Assembly (NCBI RefSeq): GCF_009914755.1
Contig: NC_060941.1
Origin: the human T2T-CHM13v2.0 reference genome, Homo sapiens
Length of the DNA stretch: 64,000 nucleotides
Direction: 5' to 3' (one strand)
Shown here: piece after piece, positions 19,709 to 35,279 of the stretch
How the letters are laid out: each line of letters opens with the position of its first letter
Numbering within the stretch: position 1 is the first letter of the stretch
Notes under the pieces: model-generated
The model's database searches: none
What the model was told of the DNA's origin: nothing
What the model saw: the letters and a program-made list of their open reading frames with translations, nothing else
Program-made: the position numbers and the translations under genes

Positions 19709-19757
19709 GTGTGTGTGTGTGTGTTGTGTGTGTGTTTGTGTGTTTGTGTGTGTGTGT
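19709..19757. repeat. Interrupted (TG)n microsatellite
   Basis: Seen directly. Confidence 0.9.
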
Positions 19758-21179
19758 AAGTAAATCTTCTAGTTAGACTGTTAGCTTCTTGAGGGTGTGG
19801 ACTGTGCATTTTATTCATCCTTGAATTCCCCATGGCAAGTAGCACAACTTTTTTTTTCCCCTTTGGAAAAAGGGGCTTCATACATTAAAGAAAACATAAA
19901 GTCAAACATTAACTAAATAGCCCAAATGAACATCTTGGCCTCCCATCCTTCCCTTAAAATCTTTTAGATCCATCAATCATCACCTCCCTCAGTCTTCGGT
20001 CTTGTCCTGTACACCCCCTCCCCCCAACTCACGCTTCTTTTTCTCTTCCTTCTTCCTCTTGTTCAGGCTAGATCACACTTACTTAACTCTTTTCTTAAGC
20101 CAGTTCCTGTTCCTCATCCTTTTGTTTAAGAGGACATACATGTGTTTGCTTTTTGGTATTATTGTATGTTCTGTTGAAATAGTAAATATTATCTACTATC
20201 CAGTCAATTTCAAGTGATGGCTACCTTAGATCTTAATATTTAATCCCCCCCCTCTTTCCCCTCAATTTCTCCAGCATAGAGCACAGTGATTAAAATCTCA
20301 GGCCCAGGAACCACCAGGCTGGATCTGAATACCAACTCTGCCACTTACTAGCTGCGTGACCTCAGGCAAGTTACTGAACCTTCGGTTCTGCCATCTGAAA
20401 CTGGAGATGCTAATGGTGACTACGTCCTATGATTACTTGATGAGCTAGTACGCGTACACCACGTACCTTGTTTAGAACAGTGCCTGGCCTAGAGTGACCA
20501 CTCAATAGTTGTTATTTGTTTCACTGCAAATGGAAACATTTGGCAAAGAACTGTTGAGACAAATAGAGCTGGAAAGGACAACCGAGTAAACAGTGCTTGG
20601 TTAACCACATCAGAATCACTCGGAGATTGCTCCAAAAATGCAGATTACTGAGCCCCACCTGTGAGATTCTGGTGGAACCCAGGAACCTGGCTTTTTGCAA
20701 ATGCTCCTCCTACTTGGATCGACAGCCAGACTACCGGCACAGAAGAAAATGCCCCAAATTTGGAGTAAGGAAATCCAGGACTCTGGTAGTATTTCTGCCA
20801 GTGACCCAGTGTGTGACTTCTGAGACTACACTTTCTCATTTGTAAAATGCAGATAACAAATTTGATTTATTCATAGAGTAGTTGTGGGGGTCACATTACT
20901 AAAGTCATTTCTGTCGGGGAAGCTGGCTTACTGGGGTGAAAGGAATGCAGGCTTTGCAATAAGCTGGACCCGGCTGTGAGTTCCATCGTGGAGGCCGCTG
21001 CAGATGTCGTTAGTTGCCAATTCTATATCCAGCCCCCTCTTCCTAACGCAACCCTGATTTTGCTTGGTGTGTAACTGTGCCTAGTTGAAAATACTTCCTC
21101 CCAGACTTCCTTGCAGCTGGGTGGCCATGTGACACGGTTCTCTCTGCTGAGGAGTTTCTGGGAAGGCTTATCTTTCCTT

Positions 21180-21499
<320 letters not shown>

Positions 21500-21842
21500 T
21501 GATACAGACACTTGTTCCTGTTTCTCCCTTTGCCCTATTGTCTTCCCCTTTTCTTACTGCCTGGAACACGGATGAAAGGCTTGGCAGAGCAGCAGCCATC
21601 TTGTTCCTATGAGGGTACAAATCTGGGAGGGTAGCTTACAGGCTGAGTATGACAGTGTGAGGAGATGAAAAGATTCTAGATCCCTAGTGGCATCATCCAG
21701 CAGTGGCAGCATCTCTGGGCTGCCCACCCCTAAATGTTTTATATATATATGAGACAAATCTCTATTGTTTAGGGTGGAGGTAATTTTTTTGTTGATTATT
21801 TGTACCTTAAACTTCTTAGGGAGAATTAAAAAACAAATAAAG

Positions 21843-22207
<365 letters not shown>

Positions 22208-22719
22208 TCATATATCTGCTTCCCCTTCTCCAGCTGTGAGACGTTTTCTGCATTTGTGCAGTGAGGCTTCTTCTAAATTCAATATCCTATGTTTAACTAA
22301 TGATAAGGTCGAAGAATTGGGCCCTGGGACTGGCCTCTGAAATAAATGGCCCTTTATTCCAGGCCCTTCCCCTGGGGGAGTTTGGGAAGGCAGAAGCACT
22401 AGTTTGTCACTCCCAAAACCCCACCAAGTGCCTGGGCACAGGTACAGCATGGAGAACCTATAGCACCCTGACCTATGGAGATGTCTGCACCCCAATAAAA
22501 CAGATGTTAAAATCTCCATGTGCTTTGTGAGGCAGAGCATGCAAAATGTGAGTTCAAAAGACATGAAATTGCCCCTGCTCTGATGTAAATATAGATGATG
22601 ATTCTAAGTGGGACACACATGTGTGAGAAGGTAAGAATGAAACCTATTAACCTCCCACTTCCCCCCCAACACACATACATTTCCCATTATTTTCTCCTGT
22701 TGGAAGTACTTGGGTGTGA

Positions 22720-23061
<342 letters not shown>

Positions 23062-23378
23062 CTCCATTACCATTCTTACCTGCCCACAGCATGGCTTTCA
23101 CAGAAGCAGGCTAATGCCTTTATGACCCCTGGGAATGCCATGATTCATCCAAGTCAGCTGCCCTCTCTGCCAACTGAATCCTGCAGGTCCCCATGGTCTT
23201 CCTGGCACTGACAGTTTGATTTGATCGCTTCAGCCATTGCTGAATTCAACAGCACCTGAGTCAGGACTTTTGCAAACCTTAAACGTAAACATATAGTGAC
23301 TATAGAGGGAACTTTTTAAAAAGCAAATGTATTCTTCCTCCATTATCTAAAAAAGATTGGCAAAAAGTTAAATCTCCT

Positions 23379-23384
23379 TTTACT
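23379..23384 (-). terminator. Candidate variant poly(A) signal (AGTAAA) for MFSD6L
   Basis: tttact on + strand about 180 nt past the stop; I saw no canonical AATAAA nearby. Confidence 0.35.
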
Positions 23385-23559
23385 TCAAAAGTAAAGAAAA
23401 TCATGCAATGAGATGATCCTGTTGGGCCTTCAGCACAGACCCATCCTCTCTTCCCCGGCTCCCAGCAGTCCAGGGCAGGTTTCTGTCCTCAGCAGGCTGA
23501 GTTTTGTTCAGTCCATTCGTTCCTTGCTGGATCAGCACACTCTGGATTTCTCAGCCCTT

Positions 23560-25320
23560 TCAGTCTGAGTGTTCCTCCCTCATGGCCTTCACAAGCCAGT
23601 CCTGTTCTGTCCCCTGCTCAGAGTCACTGGTGTCACTCACCTCCATGGACAGCAGCTTCGAGTACTTGATTTTCCGCTCTCGGGGCAGCCTCCGCTGTAT
23701 GGACAGGAGCAAGGCCAACCAGAGCAACAGGGCCACACAGCAGGCCTGGTAGAGCACAGCCAGGCTGAAGCGCATCACCACGAAGCCCCCGACAAAGCTG
23801 CCCAGGCTACAGCCACTCCCGTAAAAGTGGCCTCGGAACAAGGCACTCAGAGCCCTCTCCATGCGGGGAGTGGCCAGGTCCTCTACTGAGGCCCCCACAG
23901 CCCACCACAAAGCTCTGTTGCTAATGGCACTCAAGATCTGAATGGGGAGGACGGACCACCAGCTCCAGAGGAAAGAGTAGTACAGCAGCTGCCCAGCGAG
24001 GCAGCTCAGCCCCAGCCCCACCAGGCCCGTCCTGGACAGTTTCCTAAGCAATGTAGCTTTGAACGGATGAAGCAGAATTTCCCCCAGCAAGCTGAGGGCG
24101 ACCGAGAAACCCATGACCAGCTCGCCGCTCCCATGGTCCTTCATGTGCCAGAACAGAAAGTTCTGGACAGTACTGACGATGGCTCCTACCAAAACAGTGG
24201 TGGAGGCGAGGAGAATGAGGTGGGGGTCACCCCCCACAATGGACAGTGCTTTGACCCTTTTGTAGCTGGGCTCCCACTGCTGACAGATGGGAATGGGAAA
24301 GGCAATGCTCACCAGTAAGGCCAGGGTGCTGACCACCGAGTACCCATAGAAGTGGACCACACCTCGGGGGCCACTGGTCATCAGGAAGCAGTCCAGCTGC
24401 CCCACCAAGGCTGTGATGCCACACACGCCTGCCGACATGCCCAGCAACCTCCAGACCCACAGGCTTCTGTATCGGTCAGTGGCATCCACAAAATCCAGGA
24501 ACTCATAAAGGCTGTCATCTGCCACCTGCTCCAGAGGCGCTGTCAGCAGCTCCCAGAACGCCACGGACCCCAAGGAGAGGATAAAAGTCCGCCGCAACGC
24601 CTCCAAGGACAGGTCAAAAGCCCAGGCTTTCCCCTTGGTCCCTGACAAATTGGCTGGATTCCCGGGCCCTTTCCCCCCAGTAAGCAAGGGGAGGGCTGTC
24701 TTGACCACCTCAAAAGTAACTTCCCAGGGATGATCTTTCAGCCCCGAAGTGACAGGATGGAGGAGAGCTTGGGATGTGGTCCTAGCTCCTTCAACGGAGG
24801 GCGCTAAGTAGACGTGCAGATCACGGAAAGTTTCTCGGTCACTTTCACCAGGTGGGTTTCTGAAGCCAGGCATTTCCACCTCTGCAGTCCTCTTGGCTGG
24901 GTGGCTGGAGGCAGACTCTTGGGCCGAGGTGATGTTCACAGGTAGCGTGACCCCCGGGAGTGCGTCTGTGCTGGTCAGGCCGCTGCTTCCATTACAAGGG
25001 AAGTGCACCCGATTTTTGTCTACCGGTGGGACCAGGACCATCAGCAGGCTGGCCCCCACCGAGCCGAGCAGGGAGCCGATCAGAAGCGCTCTCCTTTTCC
25101 GGTAGCTTTTGGCCAGGAAGGCACAGACGGGAGCCCAGAAGGCAGCGATTAGGTGCTTGGTTCCCATTAGGGTGCCCACCCAGGGCGCGGCCAAGCCCAG
25201 CTGCCTCAGGTAAAGGGTCAGGAACGGGGTCACGCAGGCTTCCCGCACCCCGCACACCAGGTGGAAGAGCTTGGCCACCCCCAGCGCCCTGCTGATGTCC
25301 CACCGGGGGTTGGCACTCAT
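23560..25320 (-). CDS. MFSD6L: Major facilitator superfamily domain-containing 6-like protein, single coding exon, 586 aa
   Basis: Uninterrupted 586-aa ORF (MSANPRWDISRALGVAKLFHLV...WLVKAMREEHSD) with many hydrophobic TM segments and MFS_1-like motifs; good Kozak context (GCAGCCATGA); recognised protein, adjacent to PIK3R6. Confidence 0.97.
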   Translation of the reverse strand: MSANPRWDISRALGVAKLFHLVCGVREACVTPFLTLYLRQLGLAAPWVGTLMGTKHLIAAFWAPVCAFLAKSYRKRRALLIGSLLGSVGASLLMVLVPPVDKNRVHFPCNGSSGLTSTDALPGVTLPVNITSAQESASSHPAKRTAEVEMPGFRNPPGESDRETFRDLHVYLAPSVEGARTTSQALLHPVTSGLKDHPWEVTFEVVKTALPLLTGGKGPGNPANLSGTKGKAWAFDLSLEALRRTFILSLGSVAFWELLTAPLEQVADDSLYEFLDFVDATDRYRSLWVWRLLGMSAGVCGITALVGQLDCFLMTSGPRGVVHFYGYSVVSTLALLVSIAFPIPICQQWEPSYKRVKALSIVGGDPHLILLASTTVLVGAIVSTVQNFLFWHMKDHGSGELVMGFSVALSLLGEILLHPFKATLLRKLSRTGLVGLGLSCLAGQLLYYSFLWSWWSVLPIQILSAISNRALWWAVGASVEDLATPRMERALSALFRGHFYGSGCSLGSFVGGFVVMRFSLAVLYQACCVALLLWLALLLSIQRRLPRERKIKYSKLLSMEVSDTSDSEQGTEQDWLVKAMREEHSD

Positions 25321-25720
25321 GGCTGCCGGGCTCTGTCAGGCCTGGGCCGACGGAGGGCGGAGCTGGGCGCAGGGCGGGCGCGGCCCCAGGTACCCGGGAG
25401 GGAGGCTTGGGGGACCGGGGCTCGGAGCGAGTGGGACTGCGCCCCCGGTCTGGGGCGGCGCCGCGGTCACCAGGTCAACGGCCGCCCCCGGCCACAGCCC
25501 CCAGGTCCTGCCGTTGGACCGAAAGGGGCCCCGCCCGGAGGGAGAGGCGGGGCGGGGGCGAAGGTGGGGGCGGGGCCAGCGCACCTGCGAGCCGCACCTG
25601 CCACGTCCCACCGCCTCCGCGGGCCACCTGCCCGGACGTGCGCAGGTGCGCTAGGGGCGCGTCCGGGGGCCTGTAGGGTGCGCTCTGAGCTAGGCCTCGG
25701 GCCCCGCCTGGCCTCTGGCT
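25050..25720 (-). promoter_or_regulatory. CpG island / GC-box promoter of MFSD6L
   Basis: Very GC- and CpG-rich stretch spanning the start codon; several GGGGCGGGG Sp1-type boxes at about 25545-25575. Confidence 0.85.
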
Positions 25721-26568
25721 GCCAATGTGGCCCAGGAGCCTGAGCTAAACGCCTGGACTGCTTCAGGCAAGTAAAACCGTCAGAGTCGGCGTGGGGGGGA
25801 GCCAGAATGGAATGAATGGTATCCACCAGGCTGTCTCCCTCATCTTCTTCAGGTCTGTACTGGAATGCACCCTGATCAGTGACCAACCACAGACAGAGAT
25901 CAACACGGTCCACTCTGACATCGCAAATCCCATACCCCTGTACCCACCCCGCCCCCAAGACTCCCACTCCCCTGCCCTACTTGATCGTTCTCTCTAGAAC
26001 TTATCACTGACCAAGGCACTACGGGCTTATATTTCATGTGTTGACTTTGTTTATTGTCTGTCTCCACCAGAATCCAAGCTCCAGGAAGGCAGGTATTTTT
26101 GTCCCCGGGGCCTAGAATTGTTTCATTGGATGCATACTGCCCTCGGAAATGGCATGACCTTGGGTGACATGGTTGTCTCCAGCTGGGACAGTCCCTAAGG
26201 AGGGCTGACAGCTGATGGCAGTCGTCCAGGGGAACTCCTTGCAGCCGATCGCCAGCACATGGCAGTCCCCAGAGCCATATGTATGTGCTGCACAGTTTTA
26301 ACCTACACCTAAGGGTGGTCTGGTGCCCTGTTTGAGAGTACACACACTTGAGGTGGTTAGCTAGCATTTCATCAAAAAGACAGAGACAGCTAGTACAAGC
26401 ACGTCGACAATCTTAAATCAACAGAAGTGTCTTCACTAATGGACATAATAGATATTAGAAATAGTTTTTCACTGGTGAAATTAGTGGTGTCCAAGCCACC
26501 TGGATTGGAGATAATTTTTTTGAAGGCATTTCCTCTCTTGCTGGAACAGGCTATAATAATCTAGAGAT

Positions 26569-26949
<381 letters not shown>

Positions 26950-27438
26950 TCAGTAAACTTTTCATACAAGGTTTGCTCAGAGCACCTAATTTGGCTGGGG
27001 GTGGAGTGGAACTGCTTGCCAACACATGTCTATGTGTAAGGGAATTCGGCCTATGACTTGCCTGCATTGTCAGCTGGTAGAGAGTATGTTGGGGAGCAGG
27101 CCCAGGGGCCTCACTTAACCTAAAAAACTGGTAAACTCTGCAGACATCTACTGAAAACCTAATGATTGGTGATGAAATTGGTATGAATCCGTTTATATCA
27201 TACCAATGGCAGGAAAAATAAAATCTAGTCTCCTCCAGGTAAACTCACTCAAATTCAGTGCTACTGCAATCATTTCAGGTTTAAAACCACCTCAGTCACA
27301 CTAATGATTGCCCTACTCCTGCCCCTCCCTGGGTTCTTCTGTGGGCAGCCTCAGTGGAGGATAGCGCATCCATCCACTTCTCAGTCCTGACCTGTCCTGG
27401 GTTCATCTCCACTGGGAGGCAGATGTCAGACTCCAATG

Positions 27439-27649
27439 TGCCTGGACATGTGCAGGTGTGCGAGGGGCATGTCCTGGGGCCTGCAGGGTGCACCTGGAGC
27501 TAGACCAAGGGCCCCGCCCAGCCTCTGGCTGCCCATGTTGCCCAGGAACTTGGGCTAAACACCTGGATTGCTTCAGGCAAGTAAAACCATCAGTCAGGGT
27601 GGGGGCAGTGAGAATGGAGTGAATGGCATCCTCCAGGCTCCCTCCCTCA
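27439..27649 (+). repeat. Diverged direct duplicate of 25629-25842 (MFSD6L upstream promoter segment)
   Basis: Colinear match, e.g. gcctctggctgcc and tgcttcaggcaagtaaaacc are present in both copies. Confidence 0.9.
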
Positions 27650-28169
27650 CTGCACCATGCTGGAGTCTGTGGAGGTGCCTACAATTCTGCACCTGGCCTT
27701 CAGGTGCCATGCTCCACACTGCTGCCTGCAGCTGCACCATTTTCCCTTTGAGCTTGCCTGCTTTCAGCCACCCGAGAAAATCTCCGCCTGCTTCCCATGT
27801 CCTGTACAAGCACAGGGAATCTCTCTAAGACTGACCTTGGACCCCTCTGGCTCTGCACCCCAGGTGGTCCATCTTACACTCCCCTTGGCATTGAGAAGGT
27901 ATCCTGCCATTGAGACTTGCTTCCACTCCTGGGGCAATTTGGCCCAAAGCAAGGCGCCCTCTTCTCTATTCTTGGATTCCCAAACTTAAAAGGGAATCTT
28001 CTACAGGTGATAGGACTCAAGTCCAAGCATTTTTGTTTTCTCTGTTACTCTCCCCCCACACCATACCTATTTCTGGGGATGAAGAAACTGAAGATGTGTC
28101 ATTGATCTTTCTATTTTACACTTGGATGTAAGTTTTTGAACATAAAAGCCAAGAATTTTGGTGTCTTTA

Positions 28170-28826
<657 letters not shown>

Positions 28827-28956
28827 TTATACTTCACAGAACTCTTACCTGGCCCAAGTGGACTCAATAGGTTATAAAAAGGACTGCCCTGATGATTCCT
28901 ATTAACATATAAATATTGCCAGGTATGAGATGAAAGCAGAAAGACTTCAGTGTACA

Positions 28957-28962
28957 TTTATT
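28957..28962 (-). terminator. PIK3R6 poly(A) signal AATAAA
   Basis: tttatt on + strand about 515 nt downstream of the stop codon. Confidence 0.8.
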
Positions 28963-29476
28963 GAGTCTGACATTTTTCTCTCACCTGATAGAGACACCTG
29001 CCTGGGCTGAGTGAGGTGGGCAGTGGCCTGAGAGTGGGAAGGGAAGAGACTTGGGAGGGAGGTGGTGCTGTTGCTGTTCCTTGCTTCCAATTTTCCCCTA
29101 GGCCACAGGGCTCTGGCCAAGACAGCAGCTTTAACCCTGGTTTTAAGGGCTGGATGGGGAGCTTGGGTGGGAGAGGACAGTGGGAGAAGTGGGAATTGAA
29201 GCTAAATGAAGGAGTAGACATTTGTATGAGAAGCTGGGCTTGGTGTGTATGTTCTCAAGCAGCGACAGCATTGCCTGGGCCATCCGTAGACCTCCATGTG
29301 GGCCCTTCCTCATCACAGTCCCCAGGGTAGGCTCCCTGTGCTCCCAGGCACTCGCTGGCTCCTGGTCAAGGCCAAAGCTGCCGTGTGGAGCCGGGCCTTG
29401 CTCTGGCTGTTGGTGTGAGTGTTTGGAGTTGGTGGGGTAGTGTATCCTTCCTCCTGGGCCTGCTGTCCCTGCAGGC

Positions 29477-29633
29477 TCACTGGACAATACCAGAGAATGT
29501 GTTGATGGGCATCAGAAGGGGCTTGGGCTTGGCTTTGATTGCTTCCACCTCCTGTTGCCCATGCAAATTGAGCCACGGTGCCTTGGACTTCTGGGCCCCA
29601 GAACATGGTTCTGGGCAGGGAGCAACCTCGAAT
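29477..29633 (-). CDS. PIK3R6: PIK3R6 last coding exon (R/FEVAPCPEPC...INTFSGIVQ*)
   Basis: CAG acceptor 29634-29636; 157 nt; matches the known p84 C-terminus; TGA stop. Confidence 0.95.
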
Positions 29634-30244
29634 CTGTGGGTGGAGAGAGACCAGCTCAGGTGACCCATCTGAGGGATCAGATTGCCTAGGGCATTTGAAA
29701 GGCAGAGCTGTTATTGTAGGGCCTAGAGCTGTTATTGTAGGGCATAGAGGAGGCGGCTACACAGAAGAAAGAGGAAGAGTCAGGACAAGAAAGAAAAACC
29801 TGGGCCTGGGGTTCACCGGGAGAGGAGACACTTGGAGCAAGTAACTCTGCGCATGCCTCCCTTACCCAAACACACCTCCCGAGGGGAAGCCAGTAAGGGT
29901 CAGCTAACTGGAACACAGATGCCACAGGTCAGCCTGTGTGGGAGGGGCCCGTGCCTGCAGAGGGGACTGGATCAGGAGGCTGCAGGCTGAGTGTATGCAG
30001 AGGCATCTGGGGAAAATGCAATATCAGCTGCTGCCCTGGGTATGCCATTCATTTGCCTCGACTTCCTGGATCCAAAGCATAGGGCAGTGGCCTCTGTCCA
30101 TCCTCACCAAGGTTACCTGCCTGGCCACAGGATCTACCTCCGATGAGGTGCCTTGAGCTAGAGGCAGGAGATGGCAGGAGCTGGCTCCTGCTTCAGTTTG
30201 TCCCACGGGCCCTGGACATCTAGGGTTGGCAGGCCCAGCCTCAC

Positions 30245-30357
30245 CTGACCACATCCCTGAAAGTGCGTTGATCGTCCTTGTCCAGCGACAGTGTCAGCAG
30301 CCTCTGGTCCCGGCTCTGGATCTGGATATTGTTCGTCCTGAAGGTGTTGGTCACTGT
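30245..30357 (-). CDS. PIK3R6: PIK3R6 exon (TVTNTFRTNN...RTFRDVV/R)
   Basis: CAG acceptor, GTGAGG donor, 113 nt, phase consistent. Confidence 0.95.
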
Positions 30358-31740
30358 CTGCAGCACAGAGATCGCACGTGTGAGTGTTGCCTTTGCTCGA
30401 CAGGTGGCCCTGCCAACATGCCCTACCCTGGAATCTGGTGTATTTCTTCAGTCCAGCACATGGGGTCCCCAGCTCTCCTCCTGCAAGTGACTGAGGAGTG
30501 ACAACCCTGCACAAACTGCTTCTAGGCTGCCCTTGCCCTTGGATCTCACATCGTTCTTCCAGTTCTTTTCCCAGCCTGCCGTCCTTGATTTTGAACACAA
30601 ACGGGAATGCTGTGGATAGTGCTTGCCAGGTTGTCAAGTTACCTGAACTCGAGTGTTGATTTCTTCAACATTTTCCGAGCACCTCCTCTATGACAGACGT
30701 GTTAATGTATATGGAATTTGGGGAGTATTTCAGGGGTTTTAAAAGTCTTGACCCCGGTTCTCAGCATTAAATCACATACAACATTATTTACCTGCTGCAG
30801 ACACAGAGGGTCTAGAAAGCAGCCAAAGACCCCAAGCTCAGACCAAGCCGAAGGAAAGCACCCCCAGGCATCCTTATAACTCCTGACCTGAGGGAGCAGC
30901 TCCAGAGAGGTCGCCTCCCATTGGGCAGAGAACTTGGAGCATTGTGGGTTCCAGGTGGAGCTTTCAGAGGTTGTGGTTCATCCCACACACAGACTTTGGG
31001 TAATTTACAACCACAGAACCCTGGAGTTGCCAGAGGCCTCAGAGACCATCTCATTCAAGTGTTCTTAACCCTGGCTGCCCATAAGAATCAATTTTCAAAA
31101 ACATAATGTTGGAGATTCTGATTCAAGTGGCATAGAATTGAGCCCAGGTACGGGCATTTTTTAAAAAGCTCCTGAGTGTAGGCAGGGCTGAGAACAGCCA
31201 CTGAGTTGTTCAGTGTCATCTAGCAGAGGCACGAGCAGCAGCCTGAACTAGGAGTTCACACGTGTCCAGGCATTTCAGCTGAACTTTTAGGGGATGGGGG
31301 TAGGCCAGCCAGAAGTCTGTGGACAGGCCATGGAGGATCCACTGGGAGGAGGGTAAGAGCATAGTCTCTAAGCCAGGCTGCCCAGGCTCTAATCCCGGTT
31401 CTGCCACTTACTAGCTGTGTGACCTTAAGCATGTTTCTTAATCTCTCTGTGCTACCTTTTAGGATTGTTGTGAAGATTACATGAGATAGTATATATTAAG
31501 TGCTTGGAACAGAGCCCAAGACACTGTTAAGAACTCTTATTAATTATAATTTTCCAAGAAGGAGCCAAGCATGACTCATGGACTCAGCAATGAAGTCCCA
31601 GGTGTCAGAGGGGAAGGGGAACCTACTGTGGGTTCTTTCTCTTCTTGGTTTGTCCCCTAGGCCAAGCCCCCACCTATCACCCCGCTATGCATAGACTCCT
31701 GTGCGTCTGAATGGGTGAGCTGTGAGTAAAGACAGATTTA

Positions 31741-32201
<461 letters not shown>

Positions 32202-35200
32202 TCAGGGGGGCAGGCAGTGGAACCTAGTAGGCACTGACTGGACAGCTAATGGAATGATTGTTGATACTGGAATGTCACTTGTGACCCTCCAAAAATACCT
32301 GGAGAGACTGCAGGGGGCTGAAGTCCTGCATGAGCTGGGGGAGGGTGGGCGAAAGCCAGGTACGTTCTATTTGCCATAATGAATGGAATTGCACCTGAAC
32401 TGATTGCACCTGGTGAGAGAGATGCATGGTTTCCATAGGTTAGGTGACTGGGGATCGAATGTGACCCACTGAAGCCTGCACAGTGGTAGCCATGGGGCCA
32501 GCTCTCTGACTCTCAACTTGGTGTTCCTTCTTTAGCATCAGGCTGCTCTAGGTGTCTCTGGCAGGATTTGGGCCTCCACGCCCTGCCCATGGACCTAGCC
32601 CCACCTTCTAGGTAATCACACACAGTCTCTGGGCCTCCTCCCACCTGCCTGCGGTGTGGGCAGATGCCTTTCATTTCCCTTTGTGGTCTGCACACCTAGA
32701 CACACTCTACCTGCTTGGCTTTGGCCCATAAGGAGCACAAGAGTCTTAGATTTTAGTCTATAAATGAAGCCATGGGAGCCAGTGGAAAGGGCCAGATGCA
32801 GAATTTGCAAAGGATCCCACTCTCTGTAAGACTAAGGAATGGGCAAAGTGCTGCTAATTGTCTCCTGTTCTCTGTTGGTGGCCTAACAACATACCCCAAA
32901 GCCCCAGTTCTTCTGTTTCTGCTTTATTTCCCACTTCTGTTCTATTTCAAACTTCCAATCCAGCTAAGGTCATATCTGACCCTTAAACTTACTGAGCTAG
33001 CCACAGGCCCTTGCCCCCATGCCATTCTTCAAGCTGTCTCTGCCTTCTTACTCCAGCTCACCATGAGCTTCCCCTCAGTGGTTATCATCCAGTCCATGTG
33101 GACAAAACATGTATGTGGACCTGCCTGGTTCTGAGAGGAAAGCACAGCTACTGGAATTTTCCCCTAGCAAGTCCCTGTAGGGATAAAAGGGAACTTGCTG
33201 AAGTGATAAGTTTAGACTTTCAAAAAGCCCCTGACCAGGTTGTTTAAAGAGGTCATTAAAAACAGAAACCACTTTAAGGAACTTTGAAAGAGGAAATGCA
33301 ACAGAAGGGTAAATAGGTCCACTTTGGAGCCTAAAACTTCAATATGGGGTTGCCCTATACGAAGACAGATTTCAGCTCAAGGCAGACCTCTCAGCCAATC
33401 AGAACTCTCCTACAGTGGATAGGCTGCCTCAGAAAGCGTCAGCTTCCAGTTCCGGCTTGAGATCTAGGATGAGGTGGAAGGTGGATTAGATGACTCAACA
33501 AACATCCGGTGAGGCCCTGCTGCAGGCCAGACACCACACCAGCTAAGATGAGGATCCTGAGTCTAGGGAGTTTGCAGGCCATTGACATACAAAGATCATG
33601 CCATTTATAGTGTCACAAATGTTTCCATAGCTGTGTCCCCAGGGTCCTATGGGAGCACAGAGGTGGTACACTTAGCTCACCTAGGTGAGGGGAGGAGGGT
33701 GGAGGATGTGGAAGGAAGGGGGAAAAGCATTAGGAAAGGCCTCCTGAGGGAGATGACACCTGAGTCTCAACTTGTAGGATGAGTAGAAATTATAAAAAGA
33801 AGGTGGGCAGGTGGAAGGGAGGAATGAGGTTTCAGGTCAGGCAACTAGCGTGAGCAAAGGCACAGGGATGTGACTTCAGGAACACTTCCCAACACATGGT
33901 GGGAAGAGCCTCCAGGGAGTGCCCAAAGCTGCAGATGGAGAAGAAGGGGAGTGAAGCTATGCAACACTGAAGAGTTTTTCTGCCCCTGGAGAATGGGAGA
34001 AGATGGAGGAGTTTTAAGTACGGAATAACATGGGCAGGAAGGTGGACTTAAGGAGGATCAGAGTATTGCCGGGGAGACCAGCTGGAAGGAGATAGATGAA
34101 GGTCAGACTTGGGGTGACCAACTTGCTTGATTTGCCTGGGACTTTCCTGGTGTTAGCACTTAAAGTCCCAAGTCCAAGAAACCCCTTTAGTCCCAGGCAA
34201 ACAGGGACAGTTGGCCAACCAAGCTGGACCAGAATAGAGAGGACAAAGAAGGGAGAGATTTGAGAAGTGTTCCATCGGGACAAAGGAAAGTGAGGAAGAG
34301 GAGGCACCAGGGATGACTCCTGGGTTTCCGGCAGAGGTGATTGGTTAATGATGGTACCATTAAACGAGACAGGAGATATAAGAAGGAGATGAAATAAAAA
34401 TGACTGCTAACACATACATAATGTTTACTTTAGCCAAGCACTCTTCTAAGAGCTTCGCATGCCACAATCAATCCTCATAACTGGATGAGGTAGGTAATGT
34501 TATTATAGCTGTCCCTCCATATCTGCATATGTGGAACCTGCACATACAAAAGGCCAACAGTAAGAGACTTTAGCATCCATGGATTTTTGTATCCTTGGGG
34601 GTCCCGGAAATAATCCCCATGGATACTGAGGAATGACTGCCTCCCCTTTTTATAAAATGATACTGAGTCACAGAGATATTAACTTGCTTAACATCATATA
34701 ACTGGTAAATGGCAGAGGCAAGATCTGAATCCAGACAATCTGGCTCTAGAGAGCTCTTAACTATTAGAAAGTACTGGCTTTGATTTTTAATATCTTGAGT
34801 TTGTGGTATTGTGGGACATCCAGATCATGCTAACTTAGTTCAATGCAGGAGTCAAAAACTCAGGTATGAATGTCAGGGCAGAAGACACAGATTTGGGAGG
34901 ACTTAACAAATGGAACTAAATCCTTGTGAGTTTGATAGTCCAGGAAATGAAAAAAGAAGTGAGCCATGGATAGAAATTGAGGACAGTAGCTACTTAAGGA
35001 TCTAGGAAAAGGAGTTCAGGGAATGAGGCCAACAAGTAATAGTCAGGCATGTAGAAGAAAGTCTATAAGAAAGTGTTGTCTCTGAATTTATAGATTTTAG
35101 GGTATTTAAAGACTCAGAGTACAGGGCTTCAGCTCTAGTGATGGAATTCCATTCAAAATTGACCAAAGGAATATAAAACTGGGGAAAACATTTATGACAG

Positions 35201-35279
35201 TGCTAGAAGCCAGCTTCATTGGAGTATTAACATATAAACATAACTTCAAATATACATATTTTGTCTAATTGCCTAAAAG

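Noticed and set aside
23504-25967. Numerous overlapping + strand and alternative-frame ORFs over MFSD6L and its CpG island
   Set aside because: Expected stop-codon scarcity in GC-rich or antisense coding DNA; no recognisable protein.
29704-29743. 19-bp near-tandem duplication (agagctgttattgtagggc); similar short duplications at about 5056-5101, 7412-7433 and 10741-10772
   Set aside because: Ordinary slippage-type micro-duplications with no evidence of function.
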